DNA of 63,536 nt, the filler included, from Choristocarpus tenellus KU-1152 (Eukaryota; Protista; Phaeophyceae), in assembly GCA_964200185.2 (NCBI GenBank). It is 8 parts of 8 records of this genome, joined end to end, with 100 filler letters (N's around TTAATTAATTAA, not from the genome) between each part and the next. Parts side by side here need not be neighbours in the genome. Positions count along the whole stretch, not along the records: positions 1 to 27,122 come from CAXNAD020000151.1; positions 27,223 to 32,760 come from CAXNAD020010477.1; 6 more parts are not named here. One strand, given 5' to 3'. Of this stretch, positions 14,384-28,009 are shown in pieces; the first letter of the stretch is position 1; each line of letters starts with the position of its first letter. A program made the translations under genes and the position numbers. The notes below the pieces were generated by a model. That model was not told where the DNA came from. It saw nothing but the letters and a program-made list of their open reading frames with translations, and made no database searches.

Positions 14384-17300
14384 TTAGGCATCCTCCACTG
14401 CTGTGAGCTTGGCACGGGCATTGGTCACTCGGATATGAAGCTGTGCTGCTCGCTCTACAATCTCCTTACGCTTGCGTGAAGATACATTATGGGCTATCTC
14501 TGCAGCATACTTCCTGAGGACCATATGCATAGATGCAACACCAGGGCAGGATTCAACAGTGTTTCTATGATCAGGCTCACTTGTTTAGTGTAAGGTTGGT
14601 ACAGATGGGTCTTGGTATACCTTCAGCTATGCAAAGTTGACATAGTGGTTACAGGGGGTGACAAATCGTCTATCACTGACACCAAACCTCCCTCTGCACA
14701 ATATATCCCAAAATCTCAACCTCCCTAAGGTTCTATGCCCTGTCACATTAATAAGGGGCCATGAACCCCTCAACCCAATTATGCTATTGTCACTCACAGA
14801 TGAAAAATGTCTGAACATTGTCAAGAAAAAAGGAAACGTCTTGCTGATTGATTCAGAGGGTAGAGACTGCTCCTTTAGGCTACAAGAAGAGATCATCAGT
14901 ATACAAACATCCAGCGACCAGTATATATCCTTAACCAATAACCCCTAACCAAAAAAGTGCAATCCTGAGTAGTTCAACTCCTAACCTTCAAAAAAAATAA
15001 TGCGACTCATCTCAGTATTCCCATTGCTGTATTTACATCAGCAGAAAATTCAAGTCCATGAATAATTAGGCAGCACCAAACCATGTAAGGAAAGCTAGAG
15101 TTGAGGCATCAGAAAGGACTCAGCAGTCAGTTAAGCAGCCATGCAACAATTGACTACTGTGCCCTACCCTCCTTCTAGGAACTACCAGAGCCCAGACCGT
15201 CCCCCCACTCCCTGAAAGAGTGGTCCTATAATTGTGTTTATAAAAATAAGCCAAAGGTGGAGTGTCAAAGACAGTCAGTGTGAAAAAGAAGGCCCACAAC
15301 ACGATCTGTAGTGGACCGAGACAAGTTGGATTATCCACAATATCATATGATCCCAAAACATAAAAGTATGCTTGACAACATACAACCTGCTCTGAAGCAG
15401 CACTAAAAAAAGATGGATACACGCCCCTTTAAAATTCACAAATAGGATGTTGGGTTTCAACAAAAGAGGAAGGCAGGCTTGGGTGCAGGAGCAAACTCGA
15501 ACACTGTACAAACCTTCCGAGTGACATGCCAGACTTTTTCCTTAACCCTAGTGCACTGTCAATAACCCTGCCCACTTCAATCAGTACAACCTAATGTGTC
15601 ACCAAGTTGACTATTTCCCTACGTTAATCCTTCCGCATGACCCTTGATCCCTGCTCCCCTCACAACTGAACCCAGCTATTCAAGCCAATACAATTTTTCA
15701 AGCCTACTAAAATGCTCAAGGATACAATTTGTAGCCATTACCGCCAATGATCTTAAAGAAGAAATGATCTACCTCACTTCTAGAGAGCATCGCTCAGAAT
15801 ATGAGCAACATCGGTGATCCTCAACCTCACACCAAATCTGAAATGTTCTACTACAATTGACTGAAAACGTACAGATTCAAGACTTGGTCAAATAAATACC
15901 TGCCTATGTCATAACTGAGGAAGATACTCTGCACTATCTACTTCTCCCACAACACTACTTGGTGACAACTCAGGGCTAGCAACTCAGAGCACAATAATCA
16001 CTCACATATGTTCTTCAGACTTTATCGTCAACAATTAGTTGACCTTTATTTATCTACAGAACTTCAACCTCAGTTCACAGGCAGAGCACAGTATCCAACC
16101 GCTCTACTTTGGGGAATGAAGTAAAGGACGTCATTGCCAATTATATGTACAAGTGCGAAAATGTCGAGTGACAAAAAATAACGGAAAATTGGTGAGAATC
16201 CTATCGCCATTCACAAAAAAAGTGAAAATGGCAACAGACAATAACGCCTGCAGTTTCAATTGGAGCTGGAAGTTTCACTGCAGCATTAGCAAAACAAGTG
16301 CATACAGCATTTCAACACTTAGCCTACTTAGAACTGGAAGGTAGGATGCTATAGTGAAAATATTATTACCATTACAAAAGTGCAAGTAGAATAGGCGTGT
16401 GAAGAAAATGAGACAGATATGTTCCCGTTTGAATACTCACCGGTTGTGCATCATGAGGAGCTCCAGCTCCTTCACATTGTGAACCAAGAACTTGAGGAAT
16501 CCATTGGGCAGGAGGTTGCGAGTGCGCTTGTCCGACCCTGTTGCAACAAAACGGGAAAGGAAACGGAAAAGGTAACAATAGATACCCCTTTAGACAGGAT
16601 ACCATTGTGTGTGCAATTTTGCTCAAACGAATTTCCATTTGGTTAGCTACACAGAAAAGTCACAGCATCAATGTACTACAACAATCTCTCAAATCCCTCC
16701 CATGATCAACCCCCTTATCCTTTATCAACAATCAAAACAAAAAAACACAACCGGTCCAGTCAGCAGCTGGGACAGACACTCCACTACTTGGGGTCATCGA
16801 CCGGGAATGATGCGCACCTATCGGCATTCTCCAAAATTTAATCCACAAAGTTTCTTCCAAAAAGTTCTTGCCTTGATTTTGCAAGTGGCATATTCTTGCG
16901 AGGTTGGGGAAATGTCAGAAAGATGCTTCGAGCAAGCTATAAATAAAATTCCTCGCTCTAGTGAATCTGATTAGTCCATTATGTTATGAATCATTAATCA
17001 TCTACGATGTGGTGCACTGTCTTGGTCTGCGCTTGGACTATGCCATCGTGAACCTGTACCTTAGCCCTCTAACCTGTTGCAAGAGGTACCCTAAGCCATC
17101 CCCAACGACAATACTCCTCGACCTAGTCACAGGTCCAACAAGGATGAGGAAGCATCGCCACATACTTCCACCCCCATCACGAGATCGACGCCTCCAGTGT
17201 CCACCTGACCTCGTATCAGATGCGCTGTGTTTTCTGTCCCTACAGTATTTCTCCCACAGGATAATGCAACCAACTTGCTGCCCAGTTCGTAGGGCTCCCA

Positions 17301-17680
17301 TAGGCGGACACTCAATGGAAAGGATCGAAAACCCATCAGGCCAAGTCATCATTGAGCACTTAACCCTTTCACCTGAGTCACGCAATATCCGCAGTTGTGA
17401 CTCTACTCAAACTCAACTCGACAAACAACCACAGTACCATGGCGGGTGACCCTCTTCCTCTACGGTCAAGAATGCTTTACCATACACCATACTTACCGTA
17501 ACCGATGTTCGGCATTGGAAGGGAGCCCTTGAACTTCCGGCGCACACGGCCGTCAATACCCTTGGGCTTCCTCCAACTAGAGTTCTTGATCCTCATGAAG
17601 CGGTCACTCTGATGCCGAGCGAACTTCTTGGTGCGCTTCTTCACCATCTTGTGCTTCTCTAGTGGGTTAACGCCGGCCAT
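14384..17680 (-). CDS. RPL32: 60S ribosomal protein L32 (eL32)
   Basis: Exons 17680-17497, 16537-16441 and 14513-14384 give [28 protein letters not shown]...[17 protein letters not shown]...[19 protein letters not shown]...[31 protein letters not shown]...EDA*. Confidence 0.98.
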
Positions 17681-18952
17681 GGTTGCTTTGGGTGCAGGCT
17701 CTCCCCCGCCAGACGACTATACGCTGCTTGAGAGGGTGGGCTTAGGACTGTCGAAACCAACGCTCCAAAGCCCCACACCAGTGGTGCAAGGTTGTCTGCA
17801 CATTCCAACATAGCGTATTCCACATTAAGATATTCCAATTTATGAACGAGCTAAATATAGTTTGGTAAGTGTGAGACGCTACGTTAGTATTATAGACGCG
17901 CGCACCACGCGCTTCTCCATATCGCTCACTTTTTATTTGCTTTTCCCTTTAGATAATGAAAGTATCAATATTTGTTGTCCCTTCCCTTTGGTTTGACCCT
18001 GTCTTACGGGTTTTTCTTCGTTCGATGAGGAAAGTCATCATCAAGATGTCAACAGAGAGAAATATGATATGAGTGCAAACTGTGACTCACAATAAGCTTA
18101 ATTGAGTTGGTAGGGGGGTAGAAGGGAGGTAGTGGGGAAGGGTCAGGAAAGGAGGAAAGAAGGAGGAAAAGAGAAAGGGAGGGGAGGAAGGGGGGAAGTA
18201 AGAATGAGAGACTCCATGGAGGAAATCAGAAGTGCTGCTTATAGGGTTGATAAATATATATCCATGAAGGATGGGAGGTTTCCCTCTTGAATTCTGCCAA
18301 TAATATATTAGCTCAAAGTATATATTCTCAGAGACAGGGGGGCACTTAAAGATACAATTGGGAGTTTTTGTTGAGAAGTAAAGGCATCGTATTGTGCCTG
18401 GTGGTGCCAAATACTGCAATCTGGACGAGGCTTTGAACCAAGCAGAGCCTAACCCCTGCTCTGGTGACATATTTTTGTTCAATATCTATCCTTGGAACAC
18501 CTCAAGACCCTTCAGTGTTACAAACCATTTCTCTCAGTACTGGAGATAAAAATGAACAGGTAGATAGATGGCAGCAAATAGAACAAGTTTGGTGGTTGGA
18601 GTTTCAGTTAATTGCTCGACACTTCGAGAATTGAGCAAACGGCCTTATTCTCTCTCACTCAGATTGAGATCATACCCAAATTATAGCGTAACAATACACC
18701 TATTTCATACAGTGGATGTAGTCTGGTTGTAGTACACCAAGAGATTATCCGCTGAATATTGCACCGCAACAAAAAATATGTCTTCCCCCCTAATATCACA
18801 ACCATCATCAGTAGTCTAGGGATTGCATTTCAAGTACATGTTACATTGTTGCTATTTGAAAACTTCTCGCAACAACGACGGCACCAGCAAAGTGCTGTTC
18901 TTAAAACGCCAGACCAAATTGGTTTGAAGGCTCAAAAGTTACAGGTCTATAT

Positions 18953-19212
18953 GAGTCAAAAGTATTAAAGAGGGTAGGACCGTGACCGTTTCGGGTCCAA
19001 AATCCAATGTTGCGATTTTGACGTGATTTTGGTTATCGTGTTTGTTAGGAAGTGTCAACACGCTTGTTCCGGACACACCTTTCATAGTCGTACACATTTT
19101 AGGAAAATTTCTTCACACAGAAAACCGAAAAAGGTTATAAAAAAACAGTGGGAAATCAAGCCCTGAATAGACAAACAGGGCGAAACTCCTAACCTCTGAA
19201 ATGCTTTGTGTT
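18953..19212 (+). mobile_element. MITE family A (Sola2-like), degenerate copy
   Basis: Internal sequence matches the other copies; TIRs eroded; flanks ATAT/GTAT. Confidence 0.75.
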
Positions 19213-19499
19213 GTATGGCGGTTTCATAGACACCCTTTATGAACTGGAAGACCTAGATTTTAGATTTATTGAACTTCTTGGTATCTTATTTATTATTTGG
19301 TTATTGTGGGACCATGTGCCCTCCACAATACAATTTACATATTCTCCATCAAACAAAAAAAGCAAGAACCAAAATGAGAGATTCCGCTAAATCAGCATCA
19401 CCCCCCTTCTTGCCTTACCTTCAGCCTATGCTAGTGAGCATTAAGGCTACTACCCCATCTCCACTAGGTGCGTAGAACATCGTTTGTAAAACAATAGTG

Positions 19500-20450
19500 A
19501 GAAGAGAAATTTCAAATGGAAGAGTGCGTATCGTGTGTTACTCTTTAAAATCTTTCCGAATATACAAACCATTTTGGACCAAAAAAGAGTCCACTCCAGG
19601 ACGTACAATGAAACGCTCAACACTAGAGTTACCCTTGAACCTTCAGTCCCTAGGCCCTTGAAATCCATTGTCCAATTCCTCGTTAGGGCCTATTTCATCT
19701 ACAGTGTCGTCTGTTAGCAATGTTTGAGGGCCAGTTAGTTGCTCAGTATCATCAATTGTCCGAATAACAGCTGAGTTCATTTTCTCTTTCAAGTGTATGT
19801 ATGCCCGTTGTTTAGCTCTAAGCTTGCCCCTAACGTCCATTCTCAAGGTAACCCAATGCATCATTTGCTCTCTAATGTCCATTTTAGACTAGAAAACTAT
19901 TGAGCACAATTGCATCATTTGCCAATAACGTTCATTGTTTAGAGTAACGCCCGTGGCCGTTTCTCAATGAATATTATCTAGCACATTGTTTATGCGTTTG
20001 ATCTTCTACAACTTGCGTTCATAGATTAGTAAGGCAGAGAAAGCGATCCTGGAAGAAATTTGACTAAAAAAATAAATTTTGGAAAAAAAGTCAAGCATAT
20101 GTCGGCAACATTCACTTTTCACGTCAGTTGTCTGGTGAGCGCCCAGTCCTACTTGCCCTGTAACACCTGTTGTCCACAAACGCCCAGGGCCAATTGCTCT
20201 ATAATTCCTTGTTGTCGTGGATGATGCTTGGGGCCATGAACATGATATTTTGACATTGTTTTCTGTCCAGCACAACACCCACCAAACACTCATAGTCATT
20301 TTCTCCATTGCACCCATTGTCAAGATGGAGGGGCTTTGTGGTGTATAAGCAAAACATTGTGCTACGGGGGCATTATTTACGTTGTCCTAGGAAGATATCA
20401 CCATCACACAGGAGGTTTGTTCACCCATGGCAACATTCAATCAAATATTA
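19500..20450 (-). pseudogene. Decayed coding-like region with a PHD-finger-like Cys pattern
   Basis: Minus frame ECCHG*TNLLCDGD...CPRSTMFC...DYEC followed by long semi-open stretches (e.g. ORF 19643-19882), with several in-frame stops. Confidence 0.3.
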
Positions 20451-20757
20451 CCAAAAACACATCTATTGCACCATAGAAAGACCCCCAGACCTGCGTATAT
20501 GTATACATTATCAAGTGTGGACGATTCCGCCGAAAGTTTCACTTCCTTCGAAAAACCCTTGCGTGCAATTCGTGTGGGTTAGGAGTGTACCTTAATATAT
20601 CAAGTCTTCAGGCACCTACGTTTCAAGTTGCAAGCTGTATGTAACATCTATGTCGTACTCCTGGACCAGCCAACTCTTCAAATATCATCAAGAAAGTGCC
20701 AGGGCAAACAGCTGAAGCAAAATCTCTTAGCGATTATATTGACCTTGACTGCCCTTT

Positions 20758-21016
20758 GAGTGAAAGTATCTTAGAGGGTACGAGTTTTGCCCTGTTTATC
20801 CGTTTGGGGCTTGACTTCCCATGGGTTTTTTTATGACATTTTCCTAATCCGAAATATTTTGGAGTAGGTAAAATGTATATTTTATGAAAAGGTGTGTCCA
20901 GAACAAAGATATTGACAATTCCTAACAAATATGATAGCCAAAATTACATCAAAATCGCAATATTGGATTTTGGTCCCCAAATGGACGCGGCTCTACCTTC
21001 TAAGATACTTTGGCTC
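20758..21016 (-). mobile_element. MITE family A, full copy, TSD CTTT
   Basis: GAGTGAAAGTATCTTAGAGGGTA...TACCTTCTAAGATACTTTGGCTC; CTTT at 20754-20757 and 21017-21020. Confidence 0.92.
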
Positions 21017-21830
21017 CTTTCGGGAACCCTTATACAACAACAAAAGCATCAGTGCAAACATTTGTGCCTAGTCAGAGGCACTTATTTGGGTTCTTTTGCG
21101 AGTCTGTTTGAGTTCATCGGCGATAATAACACTCAGTAAACTACTTCGCACATTTTGAATTCACTGTTACGGCTAGAGGTGTTGACTTATATTCCAGATG
21201 GGAAGACCAAGGGACCACGGGTATTTGTAGCCTTTTCAAGAACACACTGGTTGAGGTGTACGTCATGCACACAGGAAGAGTCTGTGATCACTCTCGTGCA
21301 ACATCTCCATACTGTACTGGCTACAATGTCTTGAGAGTGAGAATTCAGGACTTGGGTTTGTTGCGTATTCGTAGCACTACTTTGAAGCATTTTCAAAAAT
21401 CCATACAGGAAATAATGCCACAGTAATTTATTATATCGGTAAAATTTGTGGTCCCTTTCGTAGGCTTACAAATGAATATCTAAACATCTGAAAGTTCCAT
21501 CAGACACACTCAGAACCACAGGTACACGGATGCTTTCCAGGTTAGGTGTGGGTGGCTGGGAGTCAAATCAATTGACAGGTAGGCAGGTTTGGACCCTTTT
21601 CATCCTAAGCCATCTTCTTTGCCCTGAATAATACACGCTTATTTCATTGCTTAATTGATATCCCCTTATCCATACACAAAGTGACACCACGATTAAGCAA
21701 AAGTTCTTTCTGGAATTGTACAAAATTGCATCTTCTTGTCCTTTCTTGGGATCCTTAATATGCAACCCTGCCAACCTCTCAACTGGTTTGACTCAGGACA
21801 GTCTGACAGTATGATTGATGAGAACTATTG

Positions 21831-22091
21831 GAGCCAAAGTATCTTAGAGGGTAGAGCTGCGTCCATTTCGGGGTCAAATTCGAATGTTCCGATTTTGATG
21901 TAATTTTGACTATCATGTTTTTGAGGAAGTGTCAATATCCTTGTTCCGGACACACCTTTTCATCACGAGCAAATTTTACCTACTCCGAAACATATCGGAG
22001 TAGGAAAAAGTCCTAAAACACCTGTGGAAAGCCAAGTCCCATATTATGGGCAAACAGGGCAAAAATCGTACCCTCTAAGATACTTTCACTC
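21831..22091 (+). mobile_element. MITE family A, full copy, TSD ATTG
   Basis: GAGCCAAAGTATCTTAGAGGGTA...TACCCTCTAAGATACTTTCACTC; ATTG on both sides. Confidence 0.93.
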
Positions 22092-22506
22092 ATTGGTGTT
22101 ATCATTGCTTGACATATAATTACCACAATGGTTCCAAAATTAATCCCTCATATTGCCCCGCAACCACAATCACTCCTCGCAGCGGCAAGAGTAGTTGTAC
22201 ACTTATTTTTTTCCAAGCAAAGCTTCATTGCACTTCCAAACAACACTACAGCTTCTAAGTACTATATACAGTCTCGAAGTTCCCTGCAAACCAAAGGATT
22301 GCCTAGGACATAAAAAATAATCACATTCTTCGGACTCCTCTCTGAGCTGTGGTCACCAACTAATCCTATATCCGCCAACTAGATACCTGACTTCACATGG
22401 TTTTGTAAACTTGCAATCTACCTTGTGTTGAATATAATTTATGCATTAAAAATGGTACTAATTTTAGTGTGGAGTTAGGTATGAAGAGACAAAAATAGAA
22501 AGGTCA

Positions 22507-22773
22507 GAGTGAAAGTATCTTAGAGGGTACGAGTTTTGCCCTGTTTGTCCATTTAAACCTTGGCTTGGCTCCCCACGGGTTTTTCATGACATTTTCCTAC
22601 TCCAAAAGGTTTCGGAGTAGGTAAAATGTGTACGTTATGAAAAGGTGTATCCGGAACATGGATATTTACACTTCCTTACAAACACGATAGCCAAAATCAA
22701 AATGAAATTGCAACATTGGCTTTTGGCCCCCAAATGGACACGGCTCTACCCTAACCCTAAAATACTTTGTGTT
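22507..22773 (-). mobile_element. MITE family A, full copy, TSD GTCA
   Basis: GTCA at 22503-22506 and 22774-22777; the right TIR is altered to contain CCCTAACCCTAA. Confidence 0.88.
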
Positions 22774-24135
22774 GTCAAAGATATATTATGCAACAAAGTG
22801 CATTAAGAGAGTCCAGTGTTAAGCAACCATACTCTCTATAGCCTCTATGAAGAAGACACTCACTGCAAGCATATATTGAATTGTTACATGCACTACTACT
22901 GCTCCAGGAAAATATTGGGTTCCCCTAAAGGGAATATATACGTCACATAGTCCACGATGCACCTCTCTACACCAACAAGGCGTAAGTGATAAATACTGAA
23001 GAATCACACTCTCAACACGTAACGCTCAATACGCTACATATCATTTAAGGCATTACACAATTTTGGGCTAATATGCTGTCTGCTGTTCCTGACAACGTTC
23101 TGTTCAGACCGTTTTGCTTTTTTGACTTCCATTACAAGGACAACGTATTGAGGATCACTTCCTCTGTAGTGTACCAGTCCATTTACTCGATAACACCTTC
23201 TATCAGATCCACGTTTGGCTCCGATTCCTTACTATTATTCCACTAGAAGTCCCACTTCGATAATACTGTTGAACACACATTGGTTAGATCAATAAACAGA
23301 AGAACTTTGACTGAAAGAGGGGAAAATACAGGTCTGTTGTACTTGCTCAAGGCAATTTGATCTAGAGCATGTGTTGCTCTGCGTGCTTGTCATAACTCGG
23401 TCCAGTAAGATCTGTCATTCATGGCAATGTTTGAATCATTTTGCTCTGTAACGTATCCTATCCAGAAAAAACATGGTTGATCAATAATACCAACACTGGA
23501 AGTTTTGTGGACAAGCGTAACATATTCTGAGGTTTTTCATAAGGCAATTGAACATGATCAGGAGGAAACAATGTTCTATTGCAAGTACAGTATTATTATA
23601 CCTTGGTCAAAAGGTGACTATCACACTTACAGTCAATTTGAGCCAGTCCCCACTCCCGTTCACCAAAAGTCTAGCAGCTGATCATACCTCAACAGTAGCA
23701 GAAGGAATGTGTTGATGTTTTGGAGTAGGCCAATTATGTAACAGTTACATCATCTTGAACAGGAAAGACAATAGCTACACCAAAATCTTCACATATTGTC
23801 TCCACACTACCAACAAGAGAGGAGCAGTGATGCAAGTTTAGGGCTCGGAAATTTCTCTGAGTACACCAATACCTCAAGGGCAACACATCCTTACCACCGT
23901 TACCAAACAAGTCTAGCGTGTGCCTCAGTGGAAACGCAATCTACAATGCTCAGATACACAGACCTCAGGGTTTTCACCTCAGAATACACATAGGCATCGG
24001 AACCATGGTACAAGAACAAGCACTGAATACACAATATTGCCGGTGGATTCACAAGTGAAACAAGTTCTAAACAGGAGAGATAAAAATATCTACTAATGCT
24101 CTGTCCATCTGCCACTGCCCGATCCCTTCGGATTA

Positions 24136-24152
24136 AGTGTGTGGTATGTTTA

Positions 24153-24186
<34 letters not shown>
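24136..24186. repeat. (GT)n microsatellite
   Basis: Visible dinucleotide run. Confidence 0.85.
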
Positions 24187-24188
<2 letters not shown>

Positions 24189-24654
24189 TGGTGTAAACCA
24201 CAAAAAAAAACGTAACGTAACTCCTTGGCAACTAAATGAAAATGTAAAAGAATATGCAATATGGACTTCAAAACAGAAAAATGGGAGTCTGGTGGAATCA
24301 AGAATAAAAAAAAAGATCAGGGAAGGGCCCGAGAGATGGAGGTGAAGGGACACACATTTAACACACAAAAAAACCCAGGAGAGTACATGACTTCCACCTT
24401 CACCATACAACCCCTTTCCGGATGTAGAGGTCAAGGGTGAGCTTGTGCATAGCAAAAAATCCTGCCCACCCACAGAGGTCCACATAGACTCACAGGGCAC
24501 TCACTGTCCAGATGAAGGTAATTAGTCATCTCCACCCTAAATTTCAAGTTCCTACAGGAGGGGTGAAAACGTTCAGGCGAAGATCCCTGGGCTCATACCA
24601 TAAACTCTTTGAACCCACCCTCAGCTCTGCTGTAATACACTTCCTTTGGTTTCA

Positions 24655-26140
24655 TTACTTCACTAGCGCATAGAGGAAGTAGCTAAACTGCTCCCCCTCC
24701 CCAATTTCACGGAAAACCGACCGAGACCATCCCATTCCCTTTTTCTGCATAGTCAGCAACTCAAGCCGTGCATCAGGGTCTTCAGCTGTGACCTGCCACA
24801 TATGGTCAAAGACAAAACACCAAGAATCAGAAAGGTTAGAAAAGAAACAAATCTAGGAGTAAAGGTGGACTGGTGTGAAAATTTTAGGCAGCATCCTTGG
24901 ACACTGTGGACGGAGGCACACAAGATTCTTGTTATAAGAAGCAAAAATATCATTACAAGACTTCTACGAATCATCAGACAAGAAATAGTATCTCCTGCTT
25001 GACATTTCAGAGTCTTTATATTCTCAGTGGGGGATGGGACTTGCACACTCTGCTGGGCAGCCTTCGATTTAAATAATACCAAATCTGTCCTAACTCATTA
25101 TTTTGCCCACACTGTTCTCGAACCCTAACCCTACCCCCCTTCTCCAAACAGGTATTAAAATATGACCTGTTCATTCGATCCAAAAAGCTGTCAGCAGAGC
25201 GTGTGAGCCTTACCCTTTGGTAAGGATATGTATCAGGTCCATCTTTATTTCACCACAAACAAAACGTAACTGACTCCATGTTCAGTCTACAACTCCTGGC
25301 TGTGGCGATGAAGAGGTCGATCAAGAACTACACAGGCATATATTCAAAACAACTGAGATAGCCCTTCAATCGAAAGAGTTCAACGGTCAATTGCATTATT
25401 AGCGCATGATCTCCAAATTACACATGTACCAACTATTCCTGAGGAACGTAGGACAAAGCACAGTGCAAGGGAGAAAACAGACGGGCATTGGGAGGCGAGA
25501 ATGCGACCTGACTGGCTGCAGGACTTGATAAACGAACCTGCAGGAAAATCCCGCCCTTCCTGAGTACACGGTGAACCTCCGCAGCCATGTTATAGGCATC
25601 CTCTGGGCTCCTACATAGGAGGGCATCTATCGTGCCTTTGTCTACGGCAGCGTCAAATGATGCCTCCGGGAAAGGGAGATTGAGAGCGTCAGCCCGGGCG
25701 CAGGTGTAACCACTGCGCTGCCCGTGTCGACGGCGCATTATGCGCACAGCACTTGGGCTGCTATCAATATCAGTGACTTGCAAGTTCAAGCCAGGCTCCG
25801 CCGCTAGCTTGGGACCCACATCACTTGTTCCACAGCCAAGGTGTACAAGGCTACTTCCCGGGGATATTGTCGAAAGGAATGAGAGAAGATGCTGCCGTAA
25901 GCCTCCCTCATAAGGAAGGAACCACTCGAAAGATTTTTGGTCCATACCACCTGAGCTGTACTCCCTCTCCCAGTATGCCTCATCCCCGAACTTCGATGTA
26001 ATATCTCCTAGGGGGTGAAAAACAGAGTTTGTAGATCTTCCGATTGTGCCGGTTGTGGGGGTGTACGAGGTCATCCACCGACATCTGAGAGCGGGGAACA
26101 TTCGTACTGCAGGGGTACAAAGTCTTGGTAATCCCGCCAT
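24655..26140 (-). CDS. METTL12/CSKMT-like (EEF1AKMT4 family) SAM-dependent protein lysine methyltransferase, probable mitochondrial presequence
   Basis: Exon 1 26140-25538 (YWEREY, FEWF, LVHLGCGTSDVG, TDIDSS, DALNLPF, FDAAVDKGTIDALL, EVHRVLRKGGIFLQ) plus exon 2 24792-24655 (VTAEDPDARLELL...FREIG...YFLYALVK*), 246 aa. The EDPDxRL motif is METTL12-like. N-terminus is Arg-rich and lacks acidic residues. Confidence 0.85.
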
Positions 26141-26766
26141 GATGCACCTTCAGTTCAAAATCAAAAGGAGACGGGAGTAGCAGGGTCGAAACGCACACAA
26201 TTGCAAACTGGGAACCCTTGCTTCCATATCTCTAATCAGAACCGGATGGATTTGAGAACATTGTCACTTGTTTAGAGAAAGTGACCAGGGCTTGAGTGCG
26301 AATCCGTGATGTTTGGGACGTGGATTGGGGATGGGAACATAAAAATGTTCGGTGGCACAAAGTTACCTAGGGCGTCGGTTGACCCACTATCTCCACCTAC
26401 AATGAGCTGCACCCTTGAGAGAAGACGAAGGCCATCTCCTTCCCCGCTTCTACTCTTGGTTTTGATCGGTTAGTGTGCAAGCTGATCGAAACAAAGCCAG
26501 TTTGGGGTTGAGGATGGACAGTTTTTGGAAGGTTGAATGGTCAAATTGATACGAAATGAATGTCAAATACGTTGATCCGTTCATCAATAAAATATCTTTA
26601 TCTAAAGTTCCACCGAATTTATTCCCTTTCACTCATTCTAACATATATTTTATCAATAATAATATTCACATAACAGTGCATTAGAAGTGACTACTTGCCA
26701 ATTCTGTGCTTCGTCATCAGTTCGACCATTTTCTTTCCTCGTCATATCATTGGTATAGTAGTAGTA

Positions 26767-27122
26767 CAGTAGGAGGCCCTATTTTGGGCCAAATATTATG
26801 AACCAAATAGAAAAATATGCAATTTTGTACCGCTTTTTCGATATACTCAAAAAAATAGGTTTTTGTACCGGAATTCTCGTATTCGAGCCATTTGGCACAA
26901 ACTCCCAGAGATGTTAACGCGAGTTTGGCGCGGGCGTAAAAATTTCTCGCGAAAAGTGCCTTTCTTCCTGAGCCATGCTACCATACAGCAGCAGTACAGT
27001 ACCTTGCTGGTGGGGGAATAAAGTGGAAGCCATGCCTCGTGCCGCGGGAAACCTCTGCAAGATGCCTTCAAATACACCGGGTCCGCCTTTCTACGCAATC
27101 CGCAAGTGCCGTAAGTGCGGTG
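26767..27122 (+). mobile_element. Possible left end of a young Tc1/pogo-type DNA element, cut by the gap
   Basis: Starts TA|CAGTAGGAGGCCC and becomes abruptly CpG-rich up to the contig end. No second TIR visible. Confidence 0.35.
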
Positions 27123-27222
27123 NNNNNNNNNNNNNNNNNNNNNNNNNNNNNNNNNNNNNNNNNNNNTTAATTAATTAANNNNNNNNNNNNNNNNNNNNNN
27201 NNNNNNNNNNNNNNNNNNNNNN
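27123..27222. other. Artificial contig spacer
   Basis: 44 N + TTAATTAATTAA (stops in all six frames) + 44 N. Identical spacers at 32761-32860, 39097-39196, 44052-44151, 49879-49978, 53461-53560 and 57142-57241. Confidence 0.99.
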
Positions 27223-28009
27223 CGGAGTACCTGTTTATGGTGCTCGTGCTATGATTCTTCCTTTTTTTTTTGTCCATGTACATTGTCACGTGACGCACTG
27301 TGAATGACAGATTTTATTAAATTTGATACGGGTATATTAGCAGGTGTGGGCTTCGAACTGCCACCCCTAGGTTGAGCTTGTAGTAGTAGGCGAGTTGATA
27401 GGCATCCTCGACTCGCACCTTTTCTGAAAGCTGTGGACTTGTGATTTGATTCGGCGACGTTCTTGAATGGTTTGTCGACATACTTCACTTTATAAAACTT
27501 TTTGTACAGATCTATTATATGCCTTTGAGTGGCCTAAACCTTAATATTACGAATATACCTGGCATAAAAATATTTTAAAGTATGCATTTTCTGTACGAAG
27601 ATTTCTTTGCTATCTTTGCATTTGTGAATACTGGTGGACCTCGTTCAATTGTGACTGGTTTCTCTCAAGTTTTTTTTGGATTGACTAAAGCAGCTCTCCT
27701 TTTTTGATCAATTTTATTTGTGAATTTTTGCGTGTACTTGTTTATGTTGGCAGACTTTTTACTTCACGAAAGTATTAGTTATTTGCTTCCATCCTTTTTC
27801 CCTTGTGTTGTTTGTGGTTAAAATATTTTGGTGGGAAAGATGATTTTTTAAGATTTGTTAAAGCTAATGAACTGGATGTCATTGTTACAATCGTTTGCAA
27901 GAGCAACATTTTACACGTTTTCGTCGTATCACAGAAATCTATTTATCTTCCCCATACAAATTTGATACTTTTGAGTGATCTCTATACATTTTGTCACTAT
28001 TTCTCCCAG

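Noticed and set aside
17216-17352. Candidate intronic C/D snoRNA in RPL32 (ATGATGA...CTGA on the minus strand)
   Set aside because: No convincing terminal stem or rRNA-complementary guide that I could identify; needs snoscan/Infernal.
16961-17449. 162-aa plus-strand ORF in RPL32 intron 1
   Set aside because: No recognisable motif, antisense to the intron, non-ATG start; likely chance.
27167-27178. Recurrent TTAATTAATTAA motif flanked by Ns, and ORFs running into it
   Set aside because: Artificial six-frame-stop linker, not biological.
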